In this document: piece after piece, positions 49,432-62,300 of the stretch
How the letters are laid out: every line of letters starts with the position of its first letter
How positions within the stretch are numbered: position 1 is the stretch's first letter
Source of the DNA: Amphiscolops sp. MND2022
Taxonomy: Eukaryota
DNA: 64,000 bases
Reading direction: 5' to 3'
Assembly (NCBI GenBank): GCA_964187785.1
Contig: OZ076421.1
Location: 10,416,001 to 10,480,000 of the forward strand
Program-made: the position numbers and the translations under genes
Notes under the pieces: generated by a model
What the model was told of the DNA's origin: nothing
Database searches by the model: none
Seen by the model: only the letters and a program-made list of their open reading frames with translations

Positions 49432-52054
49432 ATGCCGTCAAAACCCCAGATGAAGTGTCTCAAGTGCCCTTACGAGTCGACCAGGTTGTTTAACTACAAC
49501 AGACACGTCGAAAAATGCGACGGGCCCAAGCCGGTGGCGGAGGTGGCGAGCGGAAGTGGTGGCTTCACTTGTTTACAAGCTGTGTCGACAAAAAATGCTC
49601 TCAAACGTCATCAGCAGACAGACCCAGAGCTGTCCCAAGAGGGCGCGTGAATTGGCAATTGGCTCAAGGTCACTCCCCAGCACTGAAGGAACACAGTAAG
49701 TTACTGATCTCAATACAAACCTATCTACAGAAACGGTCTTGTTACAAATCATAAGGTTACACGAATCTTTTATACTTTTGAGAAACTGATGATAGTTTGA
49801 TATTTGTGCTTGCAGTATAGAAATGTAACGCCCATGTTTTAAGTTGGTGTTTGTTTTATTTCAGAGTCTGTAACGGGGAAACTCAAGCCAACGAGCTGTG
49901 AGGGGTGTCAACAGCAGTTTTCTTCCCGGAGCAATCTGCTGCGCCATCTGGAGAGAGCTCCGCATCACAGGTTCAAGGACATGAACTTCTCGCGGTTCCC
50001 CAGAAAGTCGGCCCAAGACGGCACTTACACGTGAGGGAAATTCGACCTGAGAGCTATGCTACTAAATACATAGTGTATTCAAGTATTATTAGGTCCAACT
50101 GTGTATTGCAAGTTTGAAAGAAATGAAGGGAATAAAAAATATTTAAAATGTTAAAATTATAGCTGCCCTTAACAGAATACAATACAACAGATGTCAAAAC
50201 TCAAACTTTTTCTTGCCTATAGGTAGTTTAAATCAAACATTCATTCCGAATTAGTTTTTTGCTAGGATAATAAAGACTTTTTTGAACTAAAAAAATTTCG
50301 TAGTTGTTTTTTGTTCTTAGGTACTACGAGCACCTTGAGGGGACGACTGAGAATACCATCCCAAAGTGCGTTGTTTTTGATGAGGTCGTGGACAACCAAA
50401 CGAAAAAGATCTTCTCTTATTTGTCCCATGGTTTCCCCATCCTATGGAAAGGAGCCAGGGACAACGCGGAAGGCCTCGTCAATCCACATATTCCCGAGGA
50501 CAAGGCAACTCAGTTTCTGCCACTAGCAGAACATTTGTTGCAGCATGTTGCCAACCCGGATGTACCCATATCAGCAAATTCGGCAAAAGTGAACGAGGTG
50601 AGATTTTAAACTATAAACTGCTGTTGACTTACAGAAACACTCTCCTGGATTTAGGAGCACGCATAATAGGCAAACGCAGTCATTTATCGCTGAGAAGAGG
50701 CCACAAACTTTTATATTTGTATCGTTGTGAAATCATGGACCACTACCTTCAAATTAAATATTCAATGGTTTATTATTCAGTGATGGATTCTTCGCAACGT
50801 GTTTTATCATTATTGTCCCATTTCTACTGCGTTCACGCAGCCAAAACAAAATTGTTGAAATCACATCTTTGCGAAGAATCCACAAAATTGTTTATTTTGT
50901 GTAGTTTTGAAATCATGGACTGCTACCTATTATTTATTTTTCCAATGGTCTATCATCCAGTGGTAGATTCTTCACAACGCGTTTAGTCACTATTGTCTCA
51001 ATTCTACTGCATTTTCGCTTTGGACAAAAAATCGTTTTTACTGGAGTACAAAATGGATTTGCAGATACGAAGTTTGACTAGAGACGAATATCTGGCGGAA
51101 AGCAATCCGGGCTACACTACAAACAGCCCGTGAAGGACTCTTTCCTGTGAACGTGCTAGATGTCAACCTTCAACATGCGGTAATGAGACATTTAGATAAA
51201 ATTGAAGCTAATTTAGAAGTAGAGTGAAGAAAAAAATTTTAAAAAACCTTTCTAAGTGAGTGATAAATTAGATTTCATAGGTGCCCAGTTCCCATATGTA
51301 AACGAAACAAAATCGTCGTCGCAAAATTTTCTTCGTAAAATATACGAAAGCCAATTTCTCATTTTAAGTAGTTCAAGTACATTCGTTTTTAGATATTTTC
51401 ACCACCTACTGCGATACGAAAGGACGCAATCGACCGCTATGTTGAGTCAAAACTGGCAGCTTCTCAGAGCGATGGGTACTTGACGGAGAGCACGTGGAAC
51501 ACCTGCTGCTTTCCAACGACAAACGCGTCACCCCGTGGCTCAATGATTTCGCAAGCACGTCAGTTTCTACGTGGTACTGGGTCAGAAAATCTTCTGGCTT
51601 GTTGAGCCAACAAAGAAAAGTACTTACAACTCTTCCACATTGGACAGTGAGAAAGACCCTCGCAGCCTGTAAGTAGAAACATCATACTTCGCGTCATTTC
51701 CTTAAAATCTATGTTCGTTTAGTGTATCGGAAATAGACAATGTCTGTGGGAAAAAATCGTCGTTTTTTGGGTAATCCTAAAAATAAGCACCCAAATTTTT
51801 TCTATCAAAACCCCCATTTATGTTTATTATGTGTGCAATTTAGAACAACATGTTTTGGAGATCTGCAGACGTTAGAACGGGGCTGTCATAGGATTCACAC
51901 AAGGCCAGGACTTGCCATTAGTTTGCTTTCAAGGTGGATTCACGGTGTCCTAATCCTGGGCGACTCAGTGGCACCCGGTGCCAATATTTTGAGGTTTGGG
52001 AACAATGGATTAACTGTGGGTGCCCACATCCACAATGAAGAAGATACACGCTAA
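49432..52054 (+). pseudogene. Zinc-finger + JmjC gene, paralog of 20330-25442, with frameshifts
   Basis: Fingers CLKCPYESTRLFNYNRHVEKC, FTC..STKNALKRHQQ and CEGCQQQFSSRSNLLRHLERAPHH. SHGFPILWKGAR matches RHGVPLIWRNGAK in A; also FPVNVLDV, WLNDFASTSV, GQKIFWLVEP, RWIHGV. Two intron positions are shared with A. Confidence 0.85.
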
Positions 52055-52430
52055 AATATTATATACAGTAAAAATACAACATCACTATACTTCCCTTACG
52101 ATCACTAAATCTCAAACGAGAAAGTGAACATCCTTTGTAAACATTAAACAGCAGAAACAGCCTCCTTTTTTTATTTTGTAACGATTCCGGGAACATCTTT
52201 GGCAATCAATTCAAAATGCTATATAAGTCACAGCCCCTCCCAATATTTTGTAACGACTCCAGGAGCATCTTTGGGGACCAATTCCAAACAAGCCTCCAAC
52301 AATATTTTTGTAACGACTCCAGGAGCAGTTTGTCAGGGAACACAAGCTTAAATTTCAAATAAACAGTTGCAACATTATAATTGTCATATCTAACACCCCT
52401 CCACCAATTGTTCTTTTGTAAATTGTTACT

Positions 52431-53051
52431 TTGAGTATAATATTTGTGTATTCCATATATCCCGGTTTGACGACAGTTTGGAGTGTGTTGTTGTACAACT
52501 TCCGCAAGCTATGCCACAACTATTTGGGTGATCAGTACAGGCACCTTTTTCACAAAATGTCAAAGGACATGCAGGATGAAGTAGCCACCACACAAATAAG
52601 TATTCAAGAAAATTATGATTGGTCTTTTGTATTTGTGAGCATTCCACAAACTGATAAATACTACGAAGGGGGTGAACTTCAAAATTGTCTTAACAGTATC
52701 TCAATAGTTTTCAATTCGCCAATGGAACTGTAAGGAAAACTTTTGTGTTTGTTACAGGTTTTTCTTGGCTTCAACATAGCCCTGTTCGACGAACAACCCA
52801 GGAAAACACAATATTCAGGTGGACGCTTCTTACACGTCAATCTGAAAAAGACAATGATGTCCCCCACCCAAAACCGCAAATCGATGATCATGGTTGGGTC
52901 CGATTTTCAACCAGCCATCCCTTCATGCAACCAGCCACCGTATGCTGAAGACGATCGGTGTGAGGCAGTAGATAGTCTCACATTGGTCACGCGAGAGATT
53001 GCAGCCACTCTGCAGCTGCTCATTACCCACCAAAGAAGTAGTTGTTTATGA
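52431..53051 (+). pseudogene. Possible 2OG-Fe(II) oxygenase-like relic
   Basis: YYEGGELQ and QYSGGRFL...MIMVGSDF resemble the GG-containing strands of prolyl-hydroxylase-like dioxygenases. No intact HxD...H. Confidence 0.25.
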
Positions 53052-54044
53052 ATAAAATGGTACGTCTGCATTCAAAAGAACTTTCACCTTCAAAGTAATC
53101 GTTGTCCAAAATCTGCATTTAACTAATCCTTTTATTAATTTCTTCTTTCATTTTGTATGTTCTAGAATTGCCAAGTCATCCAATGGTTCCCCACCCGTTG
53201 ACACTCGCTCGCAGATTTGTTAGGACTGCATGTTATTGTTTCAGAAAGGAGCCTTTCAGAAAAAAATTCGTTACCCGCTATTTCGAAGTCAGGCGTTGGC
53301 TGGAGGCTGATTTCATGAATTACAGAGACGTCATTGCAGTTGCTCCGTCAGCGCATAACTTCCACTGTACCAAATAAAGATAAATAGACTTAGTTTACTT
53401 TTTCGAAGATAATTGTCTTTTTTCACCAGTTACAAAAATGCAAAGTACTATTTCATTAGTATTTTTCAATTGAAATAAAATTGCAAACCATTTTTACATG
53501 AGATTTTCAAACGTAGGTTCATATCAGTTCTATTGTTGTGAAGGCAGTCCTATTGCTGTGAAGAATCTACAAAATATAAACGAACAAATTTGGTTTCAAT
53601 TCGTAGACCACAACCTTCATTTTTCACTCTCGCAGGATTTATCATCCAATTACAGACTCTTCACTCCATGTATAGTAATTAGTCTCTTGGTTCTACTGCG
53701 CAATTCGACGTAAAATTTGAAATCAATTCGGTATACCCATTATACAGATTTATCTTTATTTTCATCCAGTGGTGTCCATTTAGGAACTTTTTCCTTCCTA
53801 ACACCCCCCTCAACCACACACACTTTGTGAAAGAATCTAGTCTTCTCGGTCTACTAGATTTCGTTTGAAAAGGCAAACAAGTCAATAATGAGTAACTATC
53901 AATATGTGTCAAAAATAATCAACATTCACAAACAACTGTTTTGGACATTTAGTATAACAAGAGACAGCACGACCCTGCTATGTAGACTTTTCAAGGTTTC
54001 TTTATCAGTTATTTAGTAGTTTACTATCATTTTGATATAAAAAA

Positions 54045-54127
54045 GTTCTCACTCGGGGAATTGAACTCATTCGGAATACCTTTTTGGCAAAATTTCAATA
54101 GCGCACTATCCATGGTGCTAAACGGAC
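54045..54127 (-). repeat. Degenerate tRNA-derived SINE head
   Basis: Minus strand TAGCACCATGGATAGTGC (A-box-like) and GAGTTCAATTCC (B-box-like). Confidence 0.3.
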
Positions 54128-54624
54128 TTAATAGTTCCTAGTTATATTTTGTTTACACTGCAAACGCAACAATTTTCCAGATGATGTTTTTGCAAATACT
54201 TATAGTTTTTCGATATAGTTTTTCTGTAATACTTGATTACAAACCAGAATCCTTCAGTTTTAAATGTATTCCCGAATGACAGTTTTTAATTGGAACACAA
54301 ATTTGTTCACACTATTTTCCCTATTCTTCAAAAACTGTGGGGGGGCGGGGTTAAGGAAAAAGAATTTCCATTTATATTAATTAAAAGATGTTATATAATT
54401 CAAAATATTAAAGAATAACTGCCATAATATAAAGTTTCATGCCATAATACATCAGTTCTGAAAACTGAATATTCGATCCTGTTATGAACGCATTTTGAGC
54501 TGGATTTTCTGTCGAACAACATAAATAAAGGTCATTTAAATTATTGTAGTTATGGCTAATTTAAATAAAATGTAATAGTTTACATTTTATTTAAATTATG
54601 AATAAAAGTGGATATCACTGTTTT

Positions 54625-54905
54625 TATCAAAAAGGGATGCAGTGGCGGATTGAACCTTCAATTGGGCCTCCCTATCGTTTGTGAAAGGGAACGAAGTCTC
54701 TTGAAAAAGGGATGCAGAGAACCTCAAATTGGGCTTCCTAACGTTTGTGAAAGGGAATGAATTCTCTTGAAAAAGGGTTGCAGAAAACCTTCAGTTTGGT
54801 TTTCCTATTGTTCGTGAAAGGAATCGAATTCTCATCAAAAAGGGATGCACTCTCGTTGTTCGACTCATCAAAAAGGGACGCAGTGGCGGATTGAACCTTC
54901 AATTG
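54625..54905 (+). repeat. Tandem copies (about 4, ~65-75 bp) of the 5-prime end of the small-peptide gene
   Basis: AAAAGGGATGCAG...AACCT(T)CAA.TTGG...TGTGAAAGG repeated. Confidence 0.85.
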
Positions 54906-55117
54906 GCATTTTTATTGTTGTGAAGCTTAATCAGACCGATCATGATGTCTTTATCGAGTCGCCTAACAGTGTCTATGTGAGAATCGATCCAGTGGTAGAC
55001 AACTCATATAGCATCACCACATACCCACGTGAAATCTCAAATGCACCACCATCCCCAAGATGCCGTTGTGTTGTACACAAAAAAAACTCACACAAACTTA
55101 ATCTTTCGTTTCGCTGA
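54845..55117 (+). CDS. Small unknown protein, paralog of 9785-10048
   Basis: QWRIEPSIG...IESPNSVYVRIDPVVDNSYSITTYPREISNAPPSPRCRC. Confidence 0.65.
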   Translation: MHSRCSTHQKGTQWRIEPSIGIFIVVKLNQTDHDVFIESPNSVYVRIDPVVDNSYSITTYPREISNAPPSPRCRCVVHKKNSHKLNLSFR

Positions 55118-56309
55118 TCGTTCACTTGCATATTATTTTTAGTTTGTTCTTAGTAATGATTGATTTTTGACAACCTCTTTACTCAAAGAATAAATTTTCA
55201 TTGAGTGATGGCTTTCCGAAATTGAGAAATTAACTTTATTACATGATTTGGAGAAACTAGATATCAAAGTTTAAATACTGCGAATCATTTTTAGTATTGA
55301 ACTGATTTTGAACAATTTTTGAAACCTATTTTATGAATTTTGCGGTAAATTTCATGGAGTGTCACTATTTTACGCGCCGTGAAATAACTACCATTTTAAT
55401 TCACAAAAGATGTGAGTGTATTTGATGACTCATCATCAGGGTTGTTCAAAAGATATTTGATGCCAAACATTATTCTCCAATTAACTGTATTACACTCAAC
55501 CAATTTTCAAAACAGAAACAACCCCTCTCATTTTTTTAACAACTCCGGGAGCAATTGTTTAGGGATAAGAAGCTTGTTTTTCAATTACAGGTTAATGCAA
55601 TTTTAGGTTCTCATTATCTCTCGTTCTCGGTACTTTCGTATTCGAGAATTCAAATAATCAATAAACCAAACCATTTAGTACGAAGTTTACAAACGTAGGT
55701 TCATAGCAGTCCTATTGTTGTGGAGAATCCACGAAAATAAACGAACAAGTTCATTTCAATTTCGTGGTCCACTACCTTCTATTTTCACTCCCGCATGTTT
55801 AATCATCCAATTATAGATTCTTCACACCAAGTATAGTAATTAGTCTCTCAATTCTACTGCGTAATTCACAATGTAATTTGAAATCAACCCATTGTACAAA
55901 TCTAATACAATCAAGGGGTGCCAAAAAATAATTGAAAATAATCACCTTCTTAACGTCAACTTTTTAAATGCGATCGGTGAATTTGAACTCAGTTTTGACT
56001 CAAATAACTTTTGATACACTCTGAATGTAATTTGAAAATTAGTTAAACGTTTCTAATAAATGCAGTGTCATGGCAGTTTAAATTGCGTCAAAAAATGAGT
56101 TCAATTTTTTTCCAATTGATTTAACAACTATAAGTACACAATTCAAAATCATTGCTTTCATCACCTAGACCAATTACTCTCGCAATAACCAGCAGTTCAA
56201 ACAATTCAAAACAAATTCTTCATTATTCTAGACCGATTACTCTCGCAGCAGCTCAATTTTCAAACTTTTTACTTTCCCCGTTGATTTCTGACTAAACCAA
56301 AACTTCATA

Positions 56310-58720
56310 ATGTCGGAACCTCTGAGAAACATCTCAATTGGTGATTGCGACTTCACGCAATATACTCAGTCCAGTCCTTATCTAACCCTTTTACAACCTG
56401 CACAAACACCTAATGAATTTCACTTTAATAGCACTCCTGCGTCGATTCATCGAAGTTACTTCTCATTTCACGAGTCCTATATGGGCACTACGATCCCTTG
56501 TCCGCCCAACGTTTCTCAAATATTGGCAACAAGCGAAAGCACCCCCCGTATATTACTCAAAGCAGCACATCAAATTCTACACAACCGGGCGATTAAGCCC
56601 AAAAAAACCAAAACGAATCGAGTGCACTTTCTACAAGCACCTCCTTAGAGCGCAGCCTCGACTTTCCTGCTAAGACGTGCCAATTGCCCCAACTGACAAA
56701 GTCAATACCAAAATTGCCCCAACTGCAGTTGTCGGAGAAAGTCGAACCCGAAATTGAAAAGACATTAGAGGGGGTTTTAGAAACGTACGACAAATGTGGA
56801 GCGCTGACGTACCAGCAACAATTAACCCTTTTTCACGGCATTGTCACGTACCTAAACATGTATGCCGAGCCAGTGGCAGTGATGACAAAGAGCATTTTGG
56901 CTGTGGCAGGGCATGCTGTCACCCAAGGTATGATACATTTTGATGACTTGAGCGGGAATGACAATTGCAGATTGATTCTCGAACCATCTTTGGGTAAATA
57001 TACTGGACCTTTTTTTTAAAACATGAAGACGACATAGGATGTTCTGTGTAAAGTTAAAGATTTTTAGCGTATGGTACGAAGAGGTTTTTTTCAATTTGAT
57101 AATTTCAACCAGATAAAATCATGCGGACGTATAAAGTGTTGAAATGAGAATATAAATTAAAACATAAGACAACAAATTAAATGACTAAATCTAGAACTAT
57201 AAAATGAGATCGTTTCAGGAAACACTATTCGAGTAAAACACCGTGTCGAACGATGGATGGTGAACGCGATGCGGGTGTATCACTTTAATGTGAGCCCTAC
57301 TTTCCAACGGAAATCACCAAGAACTGTGACGAGAACATTTCAACGGGAAGAAGGTGGCGTCGAAGAGGTTGCTACGGAGCATTCCTTTGTAACTTCGAAA
57401 AGGAATGCGAACTTCAACCCCAGAACTATTGCTGAGGAGTTCGTGGACAAGGTAAAAACTGAACCATTAGGAGCACAGAGAGCTTTGGGAGTCTAAAGTA
57501 GTAAAATTTGTTGTTTCAAGTAACGGGTGCACAATTATTTTGAAGTATAATTTCCGTTCTCTCATGTAACAACCCTTTTGTCAGATTATCATCGCACCAT
57601 TCAAATTTTGCCGCAGTTGTGTTGCTTTAAAATTGCGTACTCACTCTGTAGATGGAAGAGAAGGCCAGGGAGACAGTGGATGATATACTGCTGGGGTATG
57701 TCCACGAAGCACTTCCTCTGCCTACATCTAGCAACGCCCGATTCAAGAAGAAAACGCAAGCCATCGCTGAGATCTGAGCCCCTGTTGACAAGGCCGGTGC
57801 TGCAATACACAGTATCACTCAGCGATAGCTGGGTCCTTACGTTGTCAGACGCCTCAATGCGCAGCGAGTTGCCCGCCAAGTGCTGTGAGCCAAAGAATTC
57901 CTTGCGTTTTGTGGCAGCAAACGCAAACACACGGTACCCACCAGGCAGCGACTCATAGAATTTTACGTCAAGAACTCATGGAGCACTGAAGAAGACCTGA
58001 AAAAGGTATCTTTTTGACCAGCAGCATTCGACAGATTGACTTCTTTCTTCAGTAAAGCAACGGTTACATTGCATGAGAAGGAATATCAGTTACACTGCAC
58101 AAAAAAATTACCAGCAATAAAATAGCTAAAGCCAAGTAAACAAAAGAATAACTAATTATCAGTTTCATGCTGTTGTTATAAATTTAGACGTTCAAGTTTG
58201 TCACAGATCGATTGAATCTAGAGGCACTACAGACTCCAACAGTTTCCTTTCGCCACGATGTCTTATTCCTGGCAGCTCATAACGAACAAACAGATACCTT
58301 CAAGAGGACGCTTGACAGACGAATTAAGTCACAGCAATGGCCATCAATCTGTGACGTTCACGTGAAAGGCTTGGGTCGAAAGATCCTAATCGAATATAAC
58401 GGAGAAGAGATCCAAGGAATGAGCAGCGAAGACAATCTCGAGATACCCGGAAACCAAGTCGAGTATCTCTTCCAAATTCCGCAAAAACACCTAATCGACG
58501 CCTCCAAGGAAATCTGCGACGAACATCCGATCAACCGGTGCCTTGAGAGATTAATTAATCACAAGTCGTCCAAGGAAGCAAATGTGAAACCGGTGCTAGT
58601 AAACATAGCACAGAACAAAGACGTCCTGGTCATGGTAGCTTAGACTGACATTGCGGCATTCCAGGAACTTCGCTTCACTTATGGAGACGAAGAAGAGGGG
58701 AGTTTTTCAATTGAAAGATT
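56310..58720 (+). pseudogene. YR-like core + SET gene, paralog of 10623-13337 (exons about 56310-56993, 57219-57451, 57652-58005, 58198-end), with stops and a deletion
   Basis: HAVTQG vs HAVAQA; TEHSFVTS..NFNP vs TELVFVNS..NFRP; QRVARQ vs QRYARQ; SQQWP vs SQKWP; CDEHPINRCLERLINHK vs CPVHPDSRCMGRLANHS; FQELRFTYGD. Confidence 0.85.
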
Positions 58721-59367
58721 TCAGAATGGTTGTTCAAAAAAAATTCAAAGTTTTCCCAATAAATGGTTTTTTAAAAGAAAATAAGATCCTGGAGTTTTTA
58801 CCTAGTTGATACAGAAAGGTTTTCAAGAACTGTATCCGCTCGCGGAGTCGTTACGAGCTAATGCGAGCTAAAAAATCCACATATTTGGCTTCAACGCTTG
58901 TTCAGAATCAGTGTACATTACCTTTAAACAATTACTAGCAATGGTGTATCGTTGATATCTGGATTCTTCAAACCATGCCTAAGACTTAGTTTCTCAATTC
59001 TAGAGCGCATTTTAAGCGTGACCTGAGCTATTGCGATCTGAAGAATCCACAAATTTGGTTTCAACGCTTGTTCGAAATCAGTGTACTTCACATTTAAACA
59101 ATAACTAGAGAAGGTTTAACATTGATATATTGATTCTAGGGTAACTTTCTCAATTCTAGGGCGCTGTTAAAAACGCAAGCTGCGCTTTTTGAAAATGATA
59201 TAACTTTGAAATTGTTTATTTTTATTGAAATAAAATACTTGTCACTTGTTTCAAGCAAAATTTTCAAGCATGAGAAAATTATCATAATTTGATTCGAGAC
59301 AAACATTTTCAAGCAAATCAAAGTTACCTAACATTTTTTTCCCTATTTGCTGGAAAGATTAGCAATT

Positions 59368-62300
59368 TTATCGTCTGGTTGTCCTTCCTCTCTTGCTCTT
59401 TTTCTTGAATTTTTCAATGAAGTAAATCAATGATCTGTAATCAATGTCTGATATTCCGGGATTTATTTGTCTCTCAGATAATTGACGTTGGCCTTTGACA
59501 CAAGCTCGCTCAATCGCACCATCAGCAAACAAGTATTCGGAAGGGTCCAAAACACAGCCCTTTTTCGCAAAATCTTGATTGTATGCTATACTCAAAAACT
59601 TGAAATCGGTGAGGAAAAACTCTGTTTGATCCTTGTTTTGTTGCTTTTTTCAATATTTTCGTTGGAGCTGCTTTTCGTTGAGTGTTCGATGAACATGTGT
59701 CGCTGTCTGATCCGGAAGCTGAGTTTTTTTCACTCTGCGTTGCATTGAGCAATTCAATGTCATTTTTCAATAAAGTAAATTAATTTATGTTGATGAATGA
59801 CGCTCTGATAGTCCAAGAGCTTTGTCTTTACTCAACACTTCCCCCCCAAACGAGTAATTGTATCTTCCAAAGCTTCTCCAGTCGTTCCAGTAAAGTGACC
59901 AACCACGTGAAATAGAAGTCCACTCAGCAGCCTACTTGAATCTCGAGTGGCAGCTGTTTCTATTATTGGATGCTTGCATACATTTTTGCATTTTTCGGAA
60001 TAAGTTGTTGTCGGCTTGAATTGTTTCTTAAGCAAGTCAAATCTATCGCTCACTGGTATTCTTTGGTGTTTTGAAATTATGTCGATTTATTGGCAGTAGG
60101 AAAAGAAACCTTCAAAGAATAAGGGATCAGCGTTGTACAATTTTCCTCCGCCTGTTATTGTTTTGGGTTGGAAGTCCTTGTGAGCATGATGGTTCGACTT
60201 TTCCATCGCTTCACACATGTGTTGCCATGGACTCCGAACAAACTCTGTGTCCATTATCTGTGGGATTAGCAATATTTTCAATTTGTAGGGGGTGGGTCCG
60301 ATTTTCCCGGAAAAAAGACCAACGATGATTGATAATATGACTCAGACCAAAACTTAAATTGCTCCGTGTTTAGACCGTGTTTGGATGCCCACAAAATGAT
60401 AGTTCATTTATTCAAATTATGCTGCAAAAGATTTGCACAGTCGTTTGTTGTCAATATGTCTGATTTTGCATGTGTGGGTGCATGGGTTTCAAAACTGAAA
60501 AGGCATTGCTGACAGCACGCGCATTTTCTTTGTTTGTGTTGTCTCTCTTCTCAAAAAGGATTTGTTTTCCAAACACATTTCCAAAAAGGTTCGGAACTTC
60601 TAGCTCAATTTTTTTTATCAACGATAGCTACTAGCGCTGATGTTCCGGTTAGCCATACCGGTCAAACGGTTCCTTTTTTCAAATCAGATCCTTTCACTTG
60701 CAGGTCAAATTGAATTTTCGGTTTTTTTCAACGCCCTTCGAGTACAGTTTTCTTCCAATTGCTGTAGGGGCACTTTGCACACTTGTTTTTCGTTCACAAT
60801 TTTCTGTGCAGCTTGGTGGAGATCACTCTGAGCGCACCTTGGGATCATATGCGTTACAACTGGCATGACACATCTTATAATCTCAAGGTACACAAGTGAG
60901 TTTCGTGGGATTTTTTTCTGAACAGAGCTTTGAGATTCTGACGCATACAAGTATATTCATCCACATCTGTGGGTGGGAAGATACTTTTCAGATCCCACAT
61001 ACAGCGACAAGTCTGAAGGGTACAGGTTTGATGCATCGCTGTCTTGTCTATCACCGCATCGCCAATATGAGACAGTACAGAAAACGATTGTCGCCGGAAT
61101 AGGTGACCACCGCCCCTTGTGTACTCAACTCTTTTGTTTCCTTGTACAGCCACCCCGTCTCTTGTTTTCCAGCTATCTCTGGTCCCAAATTTCGCTCCAG
61201 TACGAATCTGCTGTCTTTGCCTCGGAATGTTTAGTATATCATAACAAAATTTACATTTGATGTTTCGATTGACGTTTGACACCTCTTAGTTTACCTTTGG
61301 TAAATAGATAGTATTAGATTTGGTATAGTGGACTGATTTCGAATTACACGGTCAATTACACAGTCGAATCACTATACATGGTGTGAAGAATTTATAAATG
61401 GATGGTTAAACATGCGACAGTGCAAATTGAAGGTAGTGGTCCACGAATTTAAACTGAACTTGTTTGTTTATTTTTGTGGAATCTGCACAGTAATAAAACT
61501 ACTTTACTGAGCGGCAATTAGAAATTACAGAACCGAACCAGTAAAAATAACCACTGAGACAAAAAATTTTATACTTGATGATTGCGCTGTCATTTTATCA
61601 GAGAAGTCTTGCAAAATTCTGAAACACAACCTTGTGTGATCAACGCCACCAATTTCACAACCATCACCCCACAAATCCATTTTCAGTTCAGATGTTTTAG
61701 CTCTCTCGTAACGAATCCACGCAACAAATTTGACACATGACACCAGATCACGACGGATTCCAGAATAGGTGGTTTCAGGCTTACACACCGAGATAAAGCT
61801 TTCCATGATCTGACTCTGGTATCTCTGGACTGCACGGTATGATGGTACGAGACTTTGGAAGTTTTCTAATTTATTGATTTTGAAGTTCGAGGATAGAGTG
61901 AATAGTAAGTCTTCTCGCGACTGAAAGTTAGGGAAGACTTTTTATTGACAGATTTAAGTGCTCTGGCTGTTTTGTTCTGGAAAAGTGAAGGATGACGTCT
62001 ATAAGAGCGTCGAAGTCGACGTTGTTTTTTTGCATGACGCAAAACGAAATTCCAATATGTTATTGGAGGGTTTTGTATTCTAACTACTCTTTTCCCTCGC
62101 GGAACTACGTAAGTCGTAGACTGATTGTTTCCGGCCTTTGGGGCAATTGTCTGCATTGTGAAACGATTGTTCACGGGTTCTAGTGACTCATCGGTTCCAG
62201 TTTGTGTACCAATTATTCTGTGTACCTCTTGCGGTGTTGGTTTGACCACTTGGTTTCCAGTGGGAAACAGATTTAGGCCTATCAATTTAGTTGTGATTTC

